This document shows, in pieces, positions 59,639-64,000 of a DNA stretch of 64,000 nt. This stretch comes from Alphaproteobacteria bacterium. Lineage in GTDB: Bacteria > Pseudomonadota > Alphaproteobacteria > UBA2966. Location of the stretch: the NCBI GenBank assembly GCA_964291395.2, contig OZ219856.1:1024001-1088000 (forward strand), in the 5' to 3' direction. Every line of letters begins with the position of its first letter. Positions within the stretch are counted from its first letter, which is position 1. A program made the position numbers and the translations under genes. The notes under the pieces were generated by a model. It saw only the letters and a program-made list of their open reading frames with translations. It did no database searches and had not been told where the DNA came from.

Positions 59639-60571
59639 ATGTCTGTCATCGTCGAAGTCATTCTTCCGATCTTCGCCATCATGCTGGCGGGTTATGCGGC
59701 CGCTCGCATCCGCTTGCTCGTGGAGGGTGCCAGCGAAGCCATAAGCCAATTCGTTTACTACGCGGCGGCACCGGCGCTGGCTTTCGTTTCCCTGTACCGC
59801 ACGTCTCTTGAGGATTTCTTCAACTGGGCGTTCCTCGGCGCGCTCGGCGGCGGACTGATGATAACCCTGTGCCTTAGCCTGCTGGTCGCCGTCCGCTTCT
59901 TTCCGGGAAGTCTCACCGCTTACGGCCTGCACGGCATGTGCACCATGTTCCCGAGTACTGGCTATGTAGGCGTGCCGCTACTGTTCATCGCCTTCGGCGA
60001 TGTGGGTCTCGTCCCGGCGATCATCGGCGTCGTCGTTACCGGGGCGTTCTTCCTGCCCATATCCATCATTTTCGCGGAGATCGACCGGGGCAAGGGCCGA
60101 TCCCGAAATCTGCTCCGGCCCTTTGCCGGCGCGTTGGCGAGCCCGCTGGTCGCATCGGCGGTGGCCGGTCTTGCAGCCTCTGCCAGCGGCCTGCAGTTGC
60201 CGACGGCAGCCGTCACCTTCTTCGACATGCTGAGCGGTGCCTTCGCGCCGTGCGCCCTGTTCGCCGCCGGGCTATTCATGGGTGGCCGCAAGGTTCGGGC
60301 CGATCGGAAGGAGGTGACATGGCTGGTGGTCGTGAAGCTGGCGATACAACCTCTGATAACCTGGTGGCTGGCATATCGGGTCTTCGGCCTCGACGGCATC
60401 TGGGCGGCATCGGCCGTCATTCTTGCCGCTCTCCCCACAGGTGTGCCCGTGTTCGTCGTGGCGCAGCGCTACGGCAGGTACGTCGAGCGCTCGGCCGCCG
60501 CCGTAGTCGTCTCTACCGCGGTCTCGGTGTTCACCCTGTCAGCGCTGCTGATCGTGCTGGACGTGAAATGA
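59639..60571 (+). CDS. AEC family transporter
   Basis: ILPIFAI, GYVGVP, VVKLAIQP, ALPTG. Confidence 0.9.
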   Translation: MSVIVEVILPIFAIMLAGYAAARIRLLVEGASEAISQFVYYAAAPALAFVSLYRTSLEDFFNWAFLGALGGGLMITLCLSLLVAVRFFPGSLTAYGLHGMCTMFPSTGYVGVPLLFIAFGDVGLVPAIIGVVVTGAFFLPISIIFAEIDRGKGRSRNLLRPFAGALASPLVASAVAGLAASASGLQLPTAAVTFFDMLSGAFAPCALFAAGLFMGGRKVRADRKEVTWLVVVKLAIQPLITWWLAYRVFGLDGIWAASAVILAALPTGVPVFVVAQRYGRYVERSAAAVVVSTAVSVFTLSALLIVLDVK

Positions 60572-60745
60572 CTCGAAAATACGACGAGGTTGATTGCGCA
60601 TCGCACGTTGCAGGCCGGGGCGGCGATAGCGACATGAAGGCGCCGCTGAAATCCTCGACAACCATCGACTCCCTTGATCTGATGGCTTCCACGCATTTCG
60701 GAGCGCTTGGCACTTCGAGAGGCGCCAATGAAGGGAGATCGGCCC

Positions 60746-61015
60746 ATGAGCACCCTGGACCCCAATCGCGTCGTGTCGAATGACGAGGAGTTCACCCTCA
60801 CGTGGCACGACATAGGGGAACCATTGCTCATCCACACACAACCCAATGAAGACCGTCGCTATGGCGTTTGCACCATTCTCGTGCCGGCGCTCGGCGCGCA
60901 ACTGATGCGCAACGGCGTGGCGGCGGCGGGTAGCCCCTGGCCCCGGGAACGCGAAGGCCGGCCCTTCAGCACCTGCGCGCTCGCATTCTCGGAAAGCTGG
61001 ACGGAGGCACGTTAG
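60746..61015 (+). CDS. small ORF, possibly a truncated alpha/beta hydrolase N-terminus
   Basis: RBS present; LTWHDIGEPLLIH resembles hydrolase starts, and the rest does not. Confidence 0.35.
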   Translation: MSTLDPNRVVSNDEEFTLTWHDIGEPLLIHTQPNEDRRYGVCTILVPALGAQLMRNGVAAAGSPWPREREGRPFSTCALAFSESWTEAR

Positions 61016-61095
61016 CTCCGGTCCGTGAAGTGCCTCGACTTCGGGAAACACCGCCTCCACACCGGAATCCTCTGTAGGCGCAGCAGGAGCCTCCA

Positions 61096-61854
61096 TTGAA
61101 AGTCTATATCGTTCTGGCTCACCCCGAACGACGTTCGTTCAATGCCGCCTTGGCCGACGTCTACCGCTCTACTCTTGAGGCTGATGGCCATCACGTACGT
61201 TTCAGGGATCTCCATGCAGACGGATTTAATCCCCTCCTCACCCGTGCCGATTTCGAAGGTTATGGAGTTGGCGATCTCGTCCAGTTTCCCAATGCCCAAT
61301 CGAGGGCTTGGTCAGGCAACAGGACTGCGGCGGACATCGCCATCGAGCACGATAGTCTCGCATGGGCCGACGCCGTCATCCTGCAATTTCCACTCTGGCT
61401 CTACGGTCTGCCGGCCATGCTGAAGGGGTGGTGCGAGCGTGTGCTCTCCGAGGGTGCAGCGCACCGACCCGCTGAGAACATCTGGTTCGAAAACGGTGGC
61501 TTCAGCGGTACGAGGATAATGTTGTCGCTAACAACCAACGGCCGCCGGGAGACATATGCCCACAACGGCCGGCATGGCAGCCTCGACATCATCCTCTGGC
61601 CGATTGCGAATGCATTGCGTTTTTCCGGATTCGACCTCGTCGAGCCGTTCATAGCATTCGACGTCGTCCGTGTATCTGACTCCGATCGACGCGAGATCCT
61701 CGGGCATGCCGCCAACCGCGCCCGGTCCATGCTGGACCTCGACCTCATGCCCTTCCATGCCTTGACCGACTACAGTGCGAATGGCGTGTTGAAGGACGAT
61801 GTGCGACCTGCCACTCCGGGCCAGCAACGACCCGACAACCGTGTTCGATGCTGA
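61096..61854 (+). CDS. NAD(P)H:quinone oxidoreductase (flavodoxin-2 family)
   Basis: LAHPERRSFN, QFPLWLYGLPAMLKGW.ER. Confidence 0.92.
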   Translation: MKVYIVLAHPERRSFNAALADVYRSTLEADGHHVRFRDLHADGFNPLLTRADFEGYGVGDLVQFPNAQSRAWSGNRTAADIAIEHDSLAWADAVILQFPLWLYGLPAMLKGWCERVLSEGAAHRPAENIWFENGGFSGTRIMLSLTTNGRRETYAHNGRHGSLDIILWPIANALRFSGFDLVEPFIAFDVVRVSDSDRREILGHAANRARSMLDLDLMPFHALTDYSANGVLKDDVRPATPGQQRPDNRVRC

Positions 61855-61929
61855 TGCCGTTGGGTGGATGAGCTTTGTCTGCCGTCGACCCTCACCAGAT
61901 TTTTGGTAGAAGGTCCTTCGGCGCCGGAT

Positions 61930-62010
61930 TGTGCGGAGTAACCTCCGCCAGCAGGCGCTTCAGCGGGTCGTTCTCCATCTCAAGCTCCTGCAGGGGCTGC
62001 GTGGCCTTCA
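61930..62010 (-). mobile_element. IS3-family OrfA remnant
   Basis: LQELEMENDPLKRLLAE leucine-zipper-like motif. Confidence 0.5.
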
Positions 62011-62247
62011 CTGGATTAGCGGGCCGGGTGCAATTTCCCAGCGGACTCGACCGCGAATCATACGGGATGTGACCGCGGTTCCTTAGCATTTGACCGTTCA
62101 GGGCTGGGACCGCGCTTGCCTCGCGGTTACGGCCATCTTCGCGATCATGACATCGAGTGTACCGCCGAGCACGGCGGGCAACCCGTCGCCGCAAACAGAG
62201 GGAATGCGGGCTTGATATTAGTAGGCCATTGGCCTATATATGTGGGG

Positions 62248-62529
62248 ATGGAGTTCGAATGGGACGAGGCCAAGAACAGTGCCTGTTTCGAGCATCGCGG
62301 CTTCGACTTCGCCTATGCCGTCCGGGCGTTCCTCGATCCGCACCGGATCGTCGCGCAGGACCGCCGGCGGGACTATGGCGAGGACCGCTACCGGCTGCTC
62401 GGCACGGTCGACGGGCGCGTGTATGTCGTCGTCTATACGGTGCGGGGTTCGGCCGTCCGCATCATTTCGGCTCGCAAGGCCAACCGGGAGGAGGTCGCGG
62501 ATTATGAGCACAACGCGCATCAGGATTGA
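62248..62529 (+). CDS. brnT: BrnT family toxin
   Basis: MEFEWDEAKN..HRGFDF, YGEDR, RIISARKA. Confidence 0.92.
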   Translation: MEFEWDEAKNSACFEHRGFDFAYAVRAFLDPHRIVAQDRRRDYGEDRYRLLGTVDGRVYVVVYTVRGSAVRIISARKANREEVADYEHNAHQD

Positions 62530-62839
62530 CCCGGACGATCCGTCCACCCTGCCCGAGGGGCGGATTGACCCAGCCAGGGTGGACGCCACCACCGAGGCGG
62601 AGGTCGCGGCGCAGGAGCGGGAGGACGAGGCTGAGGCGATGCAGGACATGGCGCGGTATGCGCGGCGGGTCCGGCGGCGGCTGGGGCTTTCCCAGACCGA
62701 GCTGGCTCGGCGCATCGACGTGTCGCACGAGACGATCCGGAACTGGGAGCAGGGGAAGCGCTGCCCGACCGGGGCGGCGCGCGCCCTGTTGCGGGTACTC
62801 GACAAGGCGCCGGAGACCGCGCTCCGCGTGTTGACCTGA
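62504..62839 (+). CDS. XRE-type HTH antitoxin
   Basis: RRRLGLSQTELA...TIRNWEQGKR.P.G.ARALL; overlaps the toxin gene. Confidence 0.9.
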   Translation: MSTTRIRIDPDDPSTLPEGRIDPARVDATTEAEVAAQEREDEAEAMQDMARYARRVRRRLGLSQTELARRIDVSHETIRNWEQGKRCPTGAARALLRVLDKAPETALRVLT

Positions 62840-62849
62840 AAGGATTGCG

Positions 62850-62940
62850 GCGCCGCGCGTCGGGCGCGAGCGACCGCGCCGAGCTGGCCGAGCTCGACCG
62901 GAAGATCGAGGCCATGGTCGCGGTGATCGAGGACGGCGCC
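62850..62940 (+). pseudogene. possible serine recombinase coiled-coil remnant
   Basis: RAELAELDRKIEAMVAVIEDG. Confidence 0.45.
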
Positions 62941-62960
62941 CTGCGGCGGCCGGTTCTCGA

Positions 62961-62997
62961 CTCGCCAAGTCTCGCCTAGTCTCGCCTAGTCTCGCCT
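62961..62997. repeat. 10-bp tandem repeat, about 3.7 copies
   Basis: CTCGCCAAGT CTCGCCTAGT CTCGCCTAGT CTCGCCT. Confidence 0.85.
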
Positions 62998-63039
62998 CAG
63001 CCCCCGCACGGACGGTGCCGATGTGGACGGGTGAGGGTG

Positions 63040-64000
63040 CTATTCCGCGGCGGCGGCTTGGATCTTGGCCATTGCCGCGTCCGCCTTGGCGAAATCCTCC
63101 TCGCCGAAGCCGTAGAGATGTCCGCCGCCCATGAAGATGTCTGCCGCCATCTCCCGGCCCACGTTGGCGATAAGGTTGCTCGAGACGTTCGGAAAGTTGG
63201 AATCGAAGTGGGGATAGTCGGTCGAGATGCACATGCGGTCGGCGCCGATGAGGCTCGCGGTCGCCGCGATCTCCGGCTCGCTTCCTTCGACCGCGGCCCA
63301 GCAGTTGCGCCGGAAATACTCCTTCGGAGTCAGCGAGAGATAGGGAGCATGAGAGTCCCGGTACTGCGGGTAGTCCCACTCGATCCGGGTGAGGATTCCG
63401 GGAACCCATGAGTTCTGCGCCTCCAGGAAGGCCACGCGGAGGTTGGGGTAGAACTCGAACACGCCGCCGATGATCATGGCGATCAGTGCCTGCTGCATCT
63501 CGATCCAGTGGCTCGCGACGTGTCGGTAGAACCGGTTCTCGCCATAGATCTCGTTCATGTGGGAGTTCCAGACGCCGGTGCCCTCGTGAAAGCCCCAGGT
63601 GACGTCGAGTTCCTCGTGCAGCGCGTAGAGGTCGTTCCAGTAGTTGGAATGCCAGAAGTGACCCTTGATCAGGTTCGGCCGTATCATCGATCCTGCGGCG
63701 CCGAGTTCGGTGACACAGCGAACCAGTTCCTTGCAGGCGAGATTGACGTCGTGGATCGGCAGCATCGCCGCGAATTTCAGCTGATCCGGGCTGTACTGGC
63801 AGAACTCGTGGATCCAGTTGTTGTAAGCCTCGCACAGCGCCACGGACATCAGCGGGTCCATGTCCTCGACGGCGATGATGTTGAGGCCCGTGGTCGGGAA
63901 CAGCACCGCGATGTCGATCCCTTCCAATTCCATGCCCATGACCTGCGCCACCGGGTCAAAGCCTCGCTCGATGGCGAAATTCAGGCGTCCGCTCTCGGCC
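63040..64000 (-). CDS. amidohydrolase family 2 protein (3' part; start outside the window)
   Basis: VLFPT, AYNNW, FHEG, AFLEA, STDYPH.D; the frame stays open to the window edge. Confidence 0.9.
   Translation of the reverse strand, partial: AESGRLNFAIERGFDPVAQVMGMELEGIDIAVLFPTTGLNIIAVEDMDPLMSVALCEAYNNWIHEFCQYSPDQLKFAAMLPIHDVNLACKELVRCVTELGAAGSMIRPNLIKGHFWHSNYWNDLYALHEELDVTWGFHEGTGVWNSHMNEIYGENRFYRHVASHWIEMQQALIAMIIGGVFEFYPNLRVAFLEAQNSWVPGILTRIEWDYPQYRDSHAPYLSLTPKEYFRRNCWAAVEGSEPEIAATASLIGADRMCISTDYPHFDSNFPNVSSNLIANVGREMAADIFMGGGHLYGFGEEDFAKADAAMAKIQAAAAE

Noticed and set aside
62961-62997. CRISPR array
   Set aside because: 10-bp units with no spacers and no cas genes.

Overview
High-GC bacterial chromosome, probably alphaproteobacterial (Rhodospirillales-like; possibly a marine/sponge-associated lineage, inferred only from gene content). 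The window opens with selA and the 5' part of selB (selB is missing from the ORF track). Most of it is a mosaic of catabolic and transport genes: split transketolase, two CoA-transferases, enoyl-CoA hydratases, amidase, TfdA-like dioxygenase, TRAP transporter, NCS2 permease with an unusual C-terminal domain, Rieske oxygenase plus glutamine-synthetase-like gene, divergent AnmK, hydantoinase A/B, choline sulfatase and acyl-CoA dehydrogenase/MaoC. The right end (54-63 kb) is a decayed mobile region with AbiEii/DUF6088, Fic, NYN and BrnT-HTH genes among IS scars. The best candidate for an undescribed system is a nine-gene minus-strand cluster (39.7-49.8 kb): MocD-like di-iron enzyme, Rieske ferredoxin, TTC38-like protein, class III aminotransferase, an anchor-less SdhA/SdhB-like pair whose Fe-S subunit has lost exactly the [3Fe-4S] ligands, acyl-CoA ligase, enoyl-CoA hydratase and beta-hydroxyacid dehydrogenase. 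No rRNA, tRNA or CRISPR array was recognised. All calls come from reading motifs by eye; no database searches were run.
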